DNA of 64,000 bases, from positions 2,944,001-3,008,000 of the forward strand of contig OY843592.1 in assembly GCA_963692865.2 (NCBI GenBank), read 5' to 3'. Source of the stretch: a bacterium. Lineage in GTDB: Bacteria; UBA8248. The notes beneath the pieces were generated by a model that saw nothing but the letters and a program-made list of their open reading frames with translations, did not search any database and had not been told where the DNA came from. Both the position numbers and the translations under genes were made by a program. Each line of letters begins with the position of its first letter. The first letter of the stretch is position 1. Of the stretch, positions 9,356 to 18,464 are shown piece by piece.

Positions 9356-9955
9356 CTAGCAAGCCGCTTCCGGCGGCGGCAACATGGCTTCCACCTGTCC
9401 GACGATGGATTGCGGAAAACTCCGATCGGGGGAGACGCGCGCCAACACCCTGAGTCCGAGAAACAGACCGAACAAAGATTTCGCCGTTTGGTCCGGAACA
9501 ACTCGGGGGCATATCTCCCCGCAAGCCTGCCCCCGCTTGATGGAAGCGTGAAAAAACTCCGTCATGCCGGCGAACGCGCCGGCCACGAACGAAGCCACCT
9601 CTTCATCATGCGCCCCGAGCTCGAGGGCGACGTTGACTTCGAAGCAGCCCTCGCTCGACTCGTTGTCCACAGCCTTCGAGGCGACCGCTTTGAATACAGA
9701 GATCACCGCTCTGCGCGGCGAAGAATCCTTTTCGAGTTCCTGTATCGGAACTACGCGGTAAAACCGGTCGTAATGGTAAAGCGCCCGCAAGAACATCTGA
9801 CGCTTGCCGCCGAACGCATGGTACAGGCTGCCTCGCAAGAGACCCGTCGCCTTCTCCAGATCCCGAATCGACGTCGCCGAATAGCCATAGCGCCAAAACT
9901 GATCCATTGTTTTCGTCAAAATTTCGTCCATATCGAACTTTGGCGCTTTCCCCAT
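9356..9955 (-). CDS. TetR/AcrR family transcriptional regulator
   Basis: FWRYGYSATSIRDLEKATGLLRGSLYHAFGGK HTH; GCFEVN in the C-terminal domain. Confidence 0.9.
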   Translation of the reverse strand: MGKAPKFDMDEILTKTMDQFWRYGYSATSIRDLEKATGLLRGSLYHAFGGKRQMFLRALYHYDRFYRVVPIQELEKDSSPRRAVISVFKAVASKAVDNESSEGCFEVNVALELGAHDEEVASFVAGAFAGMTEFFHASIKRGQACGEICPRVVPDQTAKSLFGLFLGLRVLARVSPDRSFPQSIVGQVEAMLPPPEAAC

Positions 9956-10270
9956 GGGTCCTCTCTTCGTTTTTCCCCGTTTTTACGCCGAATCACGGAA
10001 TTCCTGCTAACGCCATGTCAAAGCTGTAGCGGCTCAAGCCAGCCCACCAATTTGATGGTTAGCACACGGGCAAGCCCGTTTCAAGAAAAATCGTTCCCCG
10101 GCGGATTATTCCCCGGGAAGCGCTCGTGCGCCTGCGTTTAGAGTCTTTTTTGCCCGGTGGCGCGGGATAAATCCATTCATTTGCATTGCCTCGTGTTCGG
10201 CCCCGTGCTAGATTCTCGTTTCCGGGGAAGCCGACCTTTCTTTTCTGCCGAGACGCGGGAGGAACAACCC

Positions 10271-10663
10271 ATGGCGAAGCAACGAATCGACTCCGACAAG
10301 GTGAAGCCTGTCGCCGCGTATTCCACGGGCTGGAAGGTATCGAACGGACATCTCATCATGCTGGCGGGCCAGGTGGCGGTCGCCGTGGACGGCAACACCA
10401 TCGGCGGCGACGACATCCGGGCACAGACCCGGCAGGTGTACGAGAACATCAAGGCCGCGCTGGAGGCGGCGGGCGCCGGGATGGCGGACATCATCCGCCT
10501 CACGGTCTATATCACCGATCCTGCGAATGTCCCGGGATGTATGGAGGTGCGGCAGACCTACTTCGGCGAACCCTACCCTGCGAGCACGCTCCTGATCGTG
10601 AGCGGCCTGGCGAAACCGGAGTGGCTCATCGAGATCGACGCGATCGCCTTCGTGGAAGACTAG
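10271..10663 (+). CDS. Rid/YjgF family protein (lacks the catalytic Arg)
   Basis: AGQV, QTRQVYENI, YPASTL and LIEIDAIA motifs; start moved to the ATG after the GGAGG RBS. Confidence 0.9.
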   Translation: MAKQRIDSDKVKPVAAYSTGWKVSNGHLIMLAGQVAVAVDGNTIGGDDIRAQTRQVYENIKAALEAAGAGMADIIRLTVYITDPANVPGCMEVRQTYFGEPYPASTLLIVSGLAKPEWLIEIDAIAFVED

Positions 10664-10667
10664 AAAC

Positions 10668-11522
10668 ATGAGCAGCCGCAGGGCCATCGCCGATACGCTC
10701 GTGCTCGTCAAGGGAGGCGGAGACCTCGCCACAGGCGTCGCGCACCGTCTGTACCGCGCGGGGTTTCCACTCGTTATCACCGAAATTGAAAACCCCACCA
10801 TGGTGAGGCGCACCGTCTCCTTCGCCGAATGCCTCTACGCCGATGGATGGCAAGTAGAGGGCGTAACCTCCGCCCGGGCGGACGGCGAAACTCCCTCGGA
10901 AAAAGCAATGAGCGCGCGCGCCATCCTGGAGGCGGGTTCGATTCCGGTGATGGTGGACCCGCGCGCAGACGCAATCGCCCACGTCCGGCCCGCCGTCGTG
11001 GTCGATGCGATTCTGGCGAAGCGGAACCTCGGCACGCGCATCGATGACGCGGAGGTCGTGGTCGGCCTGGGGCCGGGCTTCACGGCGGGCGTGGATTGCC
11101 ACGCCGTCATCGAGACCTCGCGGGGGCATGACCTGGGACGGGTGATTCTGGAGGGCGCGGCCAAACCGAACACGGGCGTTCCGGGGCCCATCGGCGGCTA
11201 CACCACCGAGCGGCTCTTGCGCGCTCCCAAGGCCGGCGTCTTCACCTCCATCGCCCGAATCGGCGACACGGTGCGCGCGGGAGAAGCCGTCGCCCGCGTG
11301 GACGGCGAGGAGGTGCGCTCCGCCATCGACGGCGTTTTGCGCGGGCTTCTGAGAGACGGCATCGAGGTGAGCGACGGCTTCAAGGTGGGCGACGTCGACC
11401 CGAGGGCCGAGCCCTCCCATTGCCACACGATATCGGATAAATCGCGCGCCATCGGCGGCGGCGCGCTCGAGGCCATCATGATGTTCCTGTTCGGCGTTTC
11501 AGCCATGGAGTATGCGAATTGA
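10668..11522 (+). CDS. yqeB: Selenium-dependent molybdenum hydroxylase system protein YqeB
   Basis: VKGGGDLATGVAHRL, VRRTVSF, VDAILAKRN, GLGPGFTAG, ETSRGHDLG and ISDKSRAIGGG motifs. Confidence 0.9.
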   Translation: MSSRRAIADTLVLVKGGGDLATGVAHRLYRAGFPLVITEIENPTMVRRTVSFAECLYADGWQVEGVTSARADGETPSEKAMSARAILEAGSIPVMVDPRADAIAHVRPAVVVDAILAKRNLGTRIDDAEVVVGLGPGFTAGVDCHAVIETSRGHDLGRVILEGAAKPNTGVPGPIGGYTTERLLRAPKAGVFTSIARIGDTVRAGEAVARVDGEEVRSAIDGVLRGLLRDGIEVSDGFKVGDVDPRAEPSHCHTISDKSRAIGGGALEAIMMFLFGVSAMEYAN

Positions 11523-12403
11523 GTACCGAGATATTGAGTGAAACGGTGGAAAACGGCGTCTACAACATCGGACGCAGCGAAATCCCCATCAACGAGACCA
11601 ACGGCAACTCCTTCGTTCCCCCTGCGCAGTTCTATCTGGCGGCGGGCGACGCGCTCGAGCGCATCGCGTGGGCGGTGAGCCAAAACCTGCCCGTCCTCCT
11701 CGTGGGGGAGACCGGCGTCGGCAAGACCCTCTCGGTGCGCCACCTCGCCCACATGACGAACAACGGCTTCCGGCGCGTGAACCTAAACGGCATGACCACG
11801 GTCGATGAGTTCGTGGGCAAGCTGATGATCAACGAACAGGGCACCTACTGGGTGAACGGCATCCTGGTCGACGCCATGGAATCGGGCGACTGGCTGCTTA
11901 TCGACGAGATCAACGCATGTCTGCCGGAAATCGCCTTCTGCCTGCACAGCCTGCTCGACGACGACCGCATGATCGTCTTGTCCGAATACGACGGCCGCAT
12001 CGTCAAGCCCCACCCGAATTTCAGGCTCTTCGCCAGCATGAACCCGCACGAGGACCGCAGATACGGCGGCACCAAGCCCCTGAACGAGGCGCTTCTGGAT
12101 CGCTTCCCGGTCACCGTGAAGATGGACTACCTGCCTTTCGAGGCGGAAGTCGAGGTCATCATGCAGCAGAGCGGGAACCGCGACGAGGAGCTCGTCAAGC
12201 GCATGGTGCGCGTGGGCCACGACGTGCGCGAGGCCATGCAGAACGAGAAGGTGTTCTGCACGTTCAGCACCCGGCGCCTCATCGACTGGGCGCGCATGGC
12301 GGCGCAGTTCGACCCCATGGAAGCCGCCGTCTCGACGATTTTCAGCAAGGTCAACTCTTTCGACGCCAAGGTGCTCGAGGACATCGTAGACAACCACTTC
12401 TAG
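11519..12403 (+). CDS. MoxR-family AAA+ ATPase (CbbQ/NirQ/NorQ-like)
   Basis: Walker A GETGVGKT, Walker B LLIDEIN, LLDRF and C-terminal STRRL; start overlaps the yqeB stop. Confidence 0.9.
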   Translation: MSTEILSETVENGVYNIGRSEIPINETNGNSFVPPAQFYLAAGDALERIAWAVSQNLPVLLVGETGVGKTLSVRHLAHMTNNGFRRVNLNGMTTVDEFVGKLMINEQGTYWVNGILVDAMESGDWLLIDEINACLPEIAFCLHSLLDDDRMIVLSEYDGRIVKPHPNFRLFASMNPHEDRRYGGTKPLNEALLDRFPVTVKMDYLPFEAEVEVIMQQSGNRDEELVKRMVRVGHDVREAMQNEKVFCTFSTRRLIDWARMAAQFDPMEAAVSTIFSKVNSFDAKVLEDIVDNHF

Positions 12404-12417
12404 CCGGGAGATGAGGC

Positions 12418-14189
12418 ATGGAGCGCCGACGCGCCCGTCTCGAAGCGCTCGCGCAGGTGACCGCGCACGATTACGACCTCGCCCTGAACTTCGGCCCCAA
12501 GGCGAAGAACGGCGAGGACGCCATTCACGTCGAGGACCCCGAACAGACCCTGGCGCGCCTGGGCGGCGGACTCAACGACGAGCACGTCCTCAGATTCCAG
12601 AAAGGCATGACGCTCATCGAAGTGGCCCACAAAATCCACGGCACGTTCCGCTGGGCGGGGCGCGCCGCGCTCGCGAACCGCGAGAGGCCGGGTCTTTTCC
12701 ACATCTGGCACACGCTCGAGGACGCGCGGTGCGAAAACCGCCTCGCCGAATCGCTGCCCGGCACCAGGAAGAATTTCCGCGCCTTCATTCTGCCTGCCAT
12801 CGAGGCGGCCGAACGCAACCAGATGAGCGGGCAACTCCCCTTGTTTCTCCAGATCCAGTGGGGAATCTACCTCGCCGGGATCGGGCAGACGCCCGGCGTC
12901 CCCTCCTCGCGGCCCGGAGACTTGCCGGCGGCCTGGTTCGACACCGCCGTCGTCCAGATATTCCACAGGCTCACCCCGCTGGTAGACCGCGCCTGCGCCG
13001 CCGATGACCCCAAGACCGCCTTCGATTGCGCGAACGAGATCTACGACGCCATCCAGCGCTATCTCACCGAAGAGCAACTGGCCCGGATGAGCGAGGATCA
13101 GGACCTCTCGGATATCCCCGAGGAAATTTTAGAGAAAATCGAGAGCCAGAACCTCGAAGGCGACGACGACGAAGCGATGGAGATGCTTCACCCCGAAGCG
13201 GCGGAGGAAATCGACGAAGAGGACGTGGGCGAGCAGGTCGAACTGAGTCCCGAGGAACTCGCGGCGCTCGGGCACTGGGCCGCCCCCTGGTTCGAGTTAG
13301 AGGGCAACAAGAAGGAAATCCACCCCACCGCCGAGCATCCCGACGAGCGCACGGTCGTACTGCCGCCGGAGGGCAAGGCCGAGGAATACGCGGCGGTCAT
13401 CGACAATGCGGGCAGCCAAATCAAGGTGCTGGTGTGGAAGCTCATGCAGATCATCCAGGAGAGAACCTACACCCGCTACAGCGGCTCGCACCGCTCGGGC
13501 AAGCTGAACCTCCCCAAGCTGTGGAAACAGCGGCTGGGGAAATTCCATCTCTTCCACCGCAGGGAAGAGCCCGACAACTCGACGTGTGCTTCACGCTGCT
13601 CGTGGACGAGAGCGGCAGCATGAACCGCGAGTCGAAATACATGGCCGCCCGGGAGGCGACCATCTTCTTCGCCGAAGCGCTCGACCGCATCGACGTGCCC
13701 TTCGAGGTCATCGGCTATTCCACCGAGAGCTCGGAAGCCGCCATGGCGGCGGCCCTGGGCCACATCCCGGCGTTCAAGTTCCGCCACATCCGGCACTCGC
13801 CGCTGCAACACCGCATCTACAAGGGCTTTGAGGATCAGTTCGCCCAGGTGAAGCACAGGCTCGTCAACATCTATCCGCGCTTCAACAACTGGGACGAGGA
13901 GCACCTGCTCTTCGCCTACCGCAGGCTCATCCAGCGGCCCGAGGAGGAGAAGATCATCATCATCACCTCCGACGGCCAGCCCAACGGGGACGCGACCCAC
14001 CTCGTGAACACGGTGAACCGGCTGCAGAAACTCGGCGTCCGCGTCATCGGCGTCGGCGTGGTGGACCCATTCGTGGAGCAGATCTACCCCAACCACATCG
14101 TCGTGCAGGACCTCTCCCAGCTTTCCACCGAACTCGTGAACATCCTGAGGCGCGAACTGCTCGGCGGGTTGGAGAGCCGCGCTTGGTAG
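12418..14189 (+). pseudogene. CobT/NorD-like vWA-domain protein, frameshifted near 13575
   Basis: N-part in the 12418 frame (LEDARCE, acidic linker, SGKLN); vWA domain in the -1 frame (LDVCFTLLVDESGSM MIDAS, ITSDGQP). May be a sequencing error. Confidence 0.8.
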
Positions 14190-15010
14190 CGCGAGAGAGC
14201 GTCGTCCGCTCCCTCGGGGTCGAACCGGGCCAGAGCGTCGCGGCTGTCGGCGGGGGCGGAAAAACGAGCCTGCTGACGGCCATCGCCAGGCAGTTTCACG
14301 CCCAAAACGGAATGCCTGCGATTCTCACGACGACTACGAAGATTTTCGCGCCCCTCCCCGAAGAAGGAATCCATCTCGCTTTGGGCGACGCCGAGACGCT
14401 CGCAGAGAACCTCCGCCCCTACATGGGCGCCTGCGGCATATCCTGGCTCGCCAGAAAGCGCGAGGGCGAAGCCCCAATTCCGGGCCGGGAGAGCGAGCGG
14501 CGCATGAAGCTGGGCGGTTTTACGCCTTCGGAAATTGCCCGCTTCACGCCGGGTGACGCCCTGACGCTCATCGAGGCGGACGGCGCGAGAAGACTGCCCA
14601 TCAAGGCGCCCGGCCCCGGTGAGCCCGTCCTGCCCGAAGGCCTGGACGCCGTGCTGGGCGTCATCGGGCTGGACGCGCTGGGCGCGCCCTTGAGCGAGGC
14701 GCACGTCTTCCGCCCCGATGCGCTCTCACGCATATGCGATCTGGGAGCCGGAGAAGAGATTACGGCGGAGACGGTCGGGAAGTTGTGCGCGCATCCTGAT
14801 GGTCTTTTTCATAAAGCGGAGGCCGGCGCCCGCAAGTGGATCGTCATCAACAAGGCGGATCTGGAAACCTCGCTGGAAAAATTGCGCGAAATCGCATATA
14901 TTGTATGGGAGTTTGCCGGAAAACCTCATGGCCCGGCGGACGGCATCCTCTTTACGTCTTGTACGAACAACGAATGTGAAGTATTCATACGTATCACACA
15001 AGATGCGTAA
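14183..15010 (+). CDS. yqeC: Selenium cofactor biosynthesis protein YqeC
   Basis: VGGGGKTS, LTTTTKI, LIEADGARRLPIKAP..EP and VINKAD motifs. Confidence 0.9.
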   Translation: MVARESVVRSLGVEPGQSVAAVGGGGKTSLLTAIARQFHAQNGMPAILTTTTKIFAPLPEEGIHLALGDAETLAENLRPYMGACGISWLARKREGEAPIPGRESERRMKLGGFTPSEIARFTPGDALTLIEADGARRLPIKAPGPGEPVLPEGLDAVLGVIGLDALGAPLSEAHVFRPDALSRICDLGAGEEITAETVGKLCAHPDGLFHKAEAGARKWIVINKADLETSLEKLREIAYIVWEFAGKPHGPADGILFTSCTNNECEVFIRITQDA

Positions 15011-15041
15011 CGACTGCAATTCCAAGCAGGCGGAGCAAGGA

Positions 15042-16187
15042 ATGAGCAAGGACGTATTCAGGGAAATGGCGAAACTCAAGGAAGACGGCCAGGGCGGCGC
15101 GCTCGCCACCGTCGTGGCCCGCAAGGGGTCCGCGCCCATGAGCGGCGATGCGAAGATGCTCGTGCGCGAGGACGGCAGCACGGAGGGCACGGTCGGCGGC
15201 GGCTGTCTCGAAGCCGAAGTCTGGGAAACCGCCATGAGCGTCCTGGAGACGGGCGCACCCGAAAAGCTGCGCTTCGACCTCACCCAGCAGGAAGCCGAAG
15301 ACAGCGGGCACATCTGCGGCGGCGTGGTGGAGATACTCGTGGAGCCGTTCCAGGCGTTCCAGGAAGAGTTGCTCGGCGAGATCAACCGCATCAGAACCGA
15401 GGGCGGCAGCGCCGCGCTGGCGACCATCGTTCAGCCGGGCGATATCGACGCGCCGAATGCGGAGAACAGGAAGATGCTCTTCCGGCGCGACGGCAGCGCC
15501 GTGGGCGATATTCCCACCTACTCGACGGAGATATGGGCGGAGAGCACCCAGATCATCCGAAACGGCAGCCCCACGCTCCTGCAGTTCAACAGGGACGCCG
15601 CGCGCGCCGGAGAAAAGCGCTCGACGCTCACCGAGGCCACCGAAATTTTCGTCGAACCCATATCCGGCCAGCCCCTCGTCTATATTTTCGGCGGCGGTCA
15701 CGTCTCCTTCTGCGTCGCGCAGGCGGCCTACCTCGCGGGATTCCGCGTTTCGGTCGTCGAGGACAGACCCTCGTTCGCCAACAAGGAGCGCTTCCCGATG
15801 GCGGAATCGTTCCACGTGGGGGAATTCCCTGAAATTTTCGAGAAAATCCCGGTCGATGAGTCCGACTACCTGGCCATCATCACCCGAGGCCACGCGAACG
15901 ACGAGGTCGTCCTCGAGTGGGCGATGAAGTCCGACGCGCGCTACATCGGGATGATTGGCTCCAAAAGCAAGGTGCTGCTCACCTATCGCCACCTCCAGGA
16001 CAAGGGGTATGACCGCGGCGAACTCATCGAGCGCGTCCATGCGCCCATAGGCCTCGACATCGGCGCCGATACGCCGGGCGAGATCGGGGTGGCCATCGTC
16101 GCCGAACTCATCCGGCACCGCCGCAAAGGCGAGGCGCAGGGCGAAGGCGCGGGCAGCAAGAGGGTGCAACTCAGAAGAAAATCCTAA
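15042..16187 (+). CDS. xdhC: XdhC/CoxF family molybdenum cofactor chaperone
   Basis: GSAP, GTVGGGCLE, ICGG, IFGGGHV, YIGMIGSKSK and PIGLDIGADTPGEIGVAIVAEL motifs; start at MSKDVF. Confidence 0.9.
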   Translation: MSKDVFREMAKLKEDGQGGALATVVARKGSAPMSGDAKMLVREDGSTEGTVGGGCLEAEVWETAMSVLETGAPEKLRFDLTQQEAEDSGHICGGVVEILVEPFQAFQEELLGEINRIRTEGGSAALATIVQPGDIDAPNAENRKMLFRRDGSAVGDIPTYSTEIWAESTQIIRNGSPTLLQFNRDAARAGEKRSTLTEATEIFVEPISGQPLVYIFGGGHVSFCVAQAAYLAGFRVSVVEDRPSFANKERFPMAESFHVGEFPEIFEKIPVDESDYLAIITRGHANDEVVLEWAMKSDARYIGMIGSKSKVLLTYRHLQDKGYDRGELIERVHAPIGLDIGADTPGEIGVAIVAELIRHRRKGEAQGEGAGSKRVQLRRKS

Positions 16188-16267
16188 ATCTTCACGCCGC
16201 AGCCGGCCCGTCCGAGGAGGGCCGCATTCCTTAAAACCCGGACCCATGGAAGGTTCTTGCAGGAACC

Positions 16268-17023
16268 ATGGGTTATCTCCGCAGGCTCATCGGCGCAGCG
16301 ACGGATTTCCTCATTCCCCCGAAATGCCTCTTGTGTTCGGCTTCCATGAATATCGGCGAACCGCATGCGATATGCGCGCCATGCACGGAAGCCTTCGAGC
16401 GCTTCGAACCGCCCTGGTGCCCGAGATGCGGCAATCCCTTCCATTCCATGACCGCCCTCGCCCACTCCCCGGCGCACGTCTGCGCGGATTGCCTCGAAAG
16501 CGGACATCACTACGACATGGCCCGCGCCATCGGCGCGTATGAGGGCCTGCTGAGGGACTCGGTCCACCTCTTCAAGTTCCAGGGTTTCACGAAGCTCGCC
16601 CGCGAGTTCGCGCCCCTCCTCGCCGGGCTTGCGGCGGAGGAGTTCGGTATCGAAGATGACGCGCAGAACGTGGTCGTGACGCACGTGCCCATCGCCCCCG
16701 CCCGCTGGCGGACGAGAGGCTTCGATCAGGCGAAGCTGCTCGCCCTCATGACGGCGGAATGCCTGGAGCGGCCCCACGCGGATTTTATCGAGCGCGCGAA
16801 GGAGACCCGCTCGCAGACGGGCCTCACCGCGCGGGAGCGGCGCCGGAACATGCGCGGCGTCTTCGGTGTTCGGAACAAGGGAGTGCGCGAAAAACTCGAA
16901 GCGGCCACGTGCATCCTCGTTGACGACGTCGTCACGACCGGCTCGACCGCCTCGGCCTGCGCCCGCGAACTCAAAAAAGCAGGCGCCGAAGCGGTGCACC
17001 TGCTCACGATATGCAGGTCTTGA
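16268..17023 (+). CDS. comF: ComF family protein (double zinc ribbon plus PRTase)
   Basis: Four CxxC pairs, RGFDQ, QTGL..RRRN and LVDDVVTTGST. Confidence 0.9.
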   Translation: MGYLRRLIGAATDFLIPPKCLLCSASMNIGEPHAICAPCTEAFERFEPPWCPRCGNPFHSMTALAHSPAHVCADCLESGHHYDMARAIGAYEGLLRDSVHLFKFQGFTKLAREFAPLLAGLAAEEFGIEDDAQNVVVTHVPIAPARWRTRGFDQAKLLALMTAECLERPHADFIERAKETRSQTGLTARERRRNMRGVFGVRNKGVREKLEAATCILVDDVVTTGSTASACARELKKAGAEAVHLLTICRS

Positions 17024-17148
17024 AGGCGAGAGTTTTCGTAGCGCGACCTGTCCCTACGGATTAAATCTTCAAAAAACCACGAACAAAATAACGAAACCAA
17101 GCAAATATGACGGAAGGCATAACAACGATTTGAATGACAACAAAATAG

Positions 17149-17195
17149 TTGACAACATATTTGATGTATGATTAAATTCAACAGATATGTTGAAT
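17149..17195 (+). promoter_or_regulatory. Sigma70-like promoter with an overlapping palindromic operator
   Basis: TTGACA (17149) with TAAATT 18 bp downstream; ATTCAACA-GATA-TGTTGAAT palindrome at 17176-17195 in an AT-rich spacer. Confidence 0.55.
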
Positions 17196-17223
17196 CACAA
17201 AGAAATTTACGAAAGGAATTCGT

Positions 17224-18456
17224 ATGAAATCATCCACTGGCCGCTGGGTGAGCGGCGACGACTTTTTTGATCGTGAACCCGAATTACAGATACTGGAAGC
17301 ACAAGTCCAAGACCGCAATCACGTATTGTTGACCGGACAGCGGCGCATGGGAAAAACCAGCATTGCCCGAGAACTCGGGAGGTGGCTAGAAGCCAAAGAC
17401 TGGGTTTTCCTCTTCGCAGACGTAGAGGGGGCAGCTTGTCCGGAGGACGTTATCGCCCAAATCGCCCAAGCTGCGCATCCGGTTCGCGCGCTCTCCTCGC
17501 GTTTCACCGCCTGGTCTGAGCGCTTCTTTAGCGACAACATCGAGGAAATCAACGCGCTCGATTTTGGCGTGAAGTTCCGCGCCGGGCTGGATGCAGGCAG
17601 CTGGCGACGTCACGGAGAGCGACTGTTTCGAGATTGCGCCGAGTATGACAAGCCTGTTTTGCTCGTCATCGACGAATTGCCGATCTTCCTGAAACGGATG
17701 CTCCACAATGACGGCGATGCACGGCGGGTCGACGAGTTCATGAGTTGGCTGCGCGGCGTGCTTCAGGCGCTGGGAGAAGATTCTCCAGTCCTCATGTTAT
17801 CAGGAAGCATCGGGCTGGAGCCTCTTATGCGCAGACTCGGCCTGCCCGACCGCATCAACCATCTGTACCCCTTTCGCCTGGGTCCGTGGAGCCGCGACAC
17901 CTCCATCGAGTGTTTCGAACATCTCTCGGAGAGTTACGAAATATCCGTCGAGGCCGGGGTGGCGGATGCAGTATACGAAACCTTGGGAGTCGGCATACCT
18001 CACCATGTGCAGTCTTTCTTTGCGCGTTTGCGGGATTTCGCCACGATGCAGGAGCGGGAGCGGATAACGGTTGAAGACGTCGGCGAAGTCTATCGCAACG
18101 CGCTTCTGGGGGCTTCGGGACAAAATGATCTCGTACACTACGAAACACGCCTGAAAGAAGGCATCGAGGATGAAAACTACTCCATCGCCATGGAGATTCT
18201 GGCCGAGGCGGCGACTCTGGAGGTATTCACGCCCGCTGCCAGAAAGTGTCTCGAACGCTTGTATTCCACGGTGGTAGACGATGCGCCCAGTCGCATTGCG
18301 GACATTATCGAAGTCCTCGCGTACGACGGGTATCTGGAATCCGGCGATGGCGGCTACCGTTTCCCGTCGCGCTTGCTCAAGGATTGGTGGTCGGCGCGCT
18401 TCCGCGATCATCACACGCCCCTCGAAAAACGCCGACCCGAGGACAAATCACAATAG
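17224..18456 (+). CDS. STAND/archaeal-type P-loop ATPase with probable C-terminal winged helix
   Basis: FFDREPEL, Walker A GQRRMGKT, Walker B LLVIDE, GIPHHVQ and FPSRLLKDWW. Confidence 0.8.
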   Translation: MKSSTGRWVSGDDFFDREPELQILEAQVQDRNHVLLTGQRRMGKTSIARELGRWLEAKDWVFLFADVEGAACPEDVIAQIAQAAHPVRALSSRFTAWSERFFSDNIEEINALDFGVKFRAGLDAGSWRRHGERLFRDCAEYDKPVLLVIDELPIFLKRMLHNDGDARRVDEFMSWLRGVLQALGEDSPVLMLSGSIGLEPLMRRLGLPDRINHLYPFRLGPWSRDTSIECFEHLSESYEISVEAGVADAVYETLGVGIPHHVQSFFARLRDFATMQERERITVEDVGEVYRNALLGASGQNDLVHYETRLKEGIEDENYSIAMEILAEAATLEVFTPAARKCLERLYSTVVDDAPSRIADIIEVLAYDGYLESGDGGYRFPSRLLKDWWSARFRDHHTPLEKRRPEDKSQ

Positions 18457-18464
18457 AGGACCCA

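Noticed and set aside
8636-9524. Short ORFs over repeat mosaics (also 30143-30875, 32147-32787 and 36801-37604)
   Set aside because: They are translations of palindromic repeats (e.g. FDTRLRRYSG, GFFNNP recur) with no RBS or domain signal
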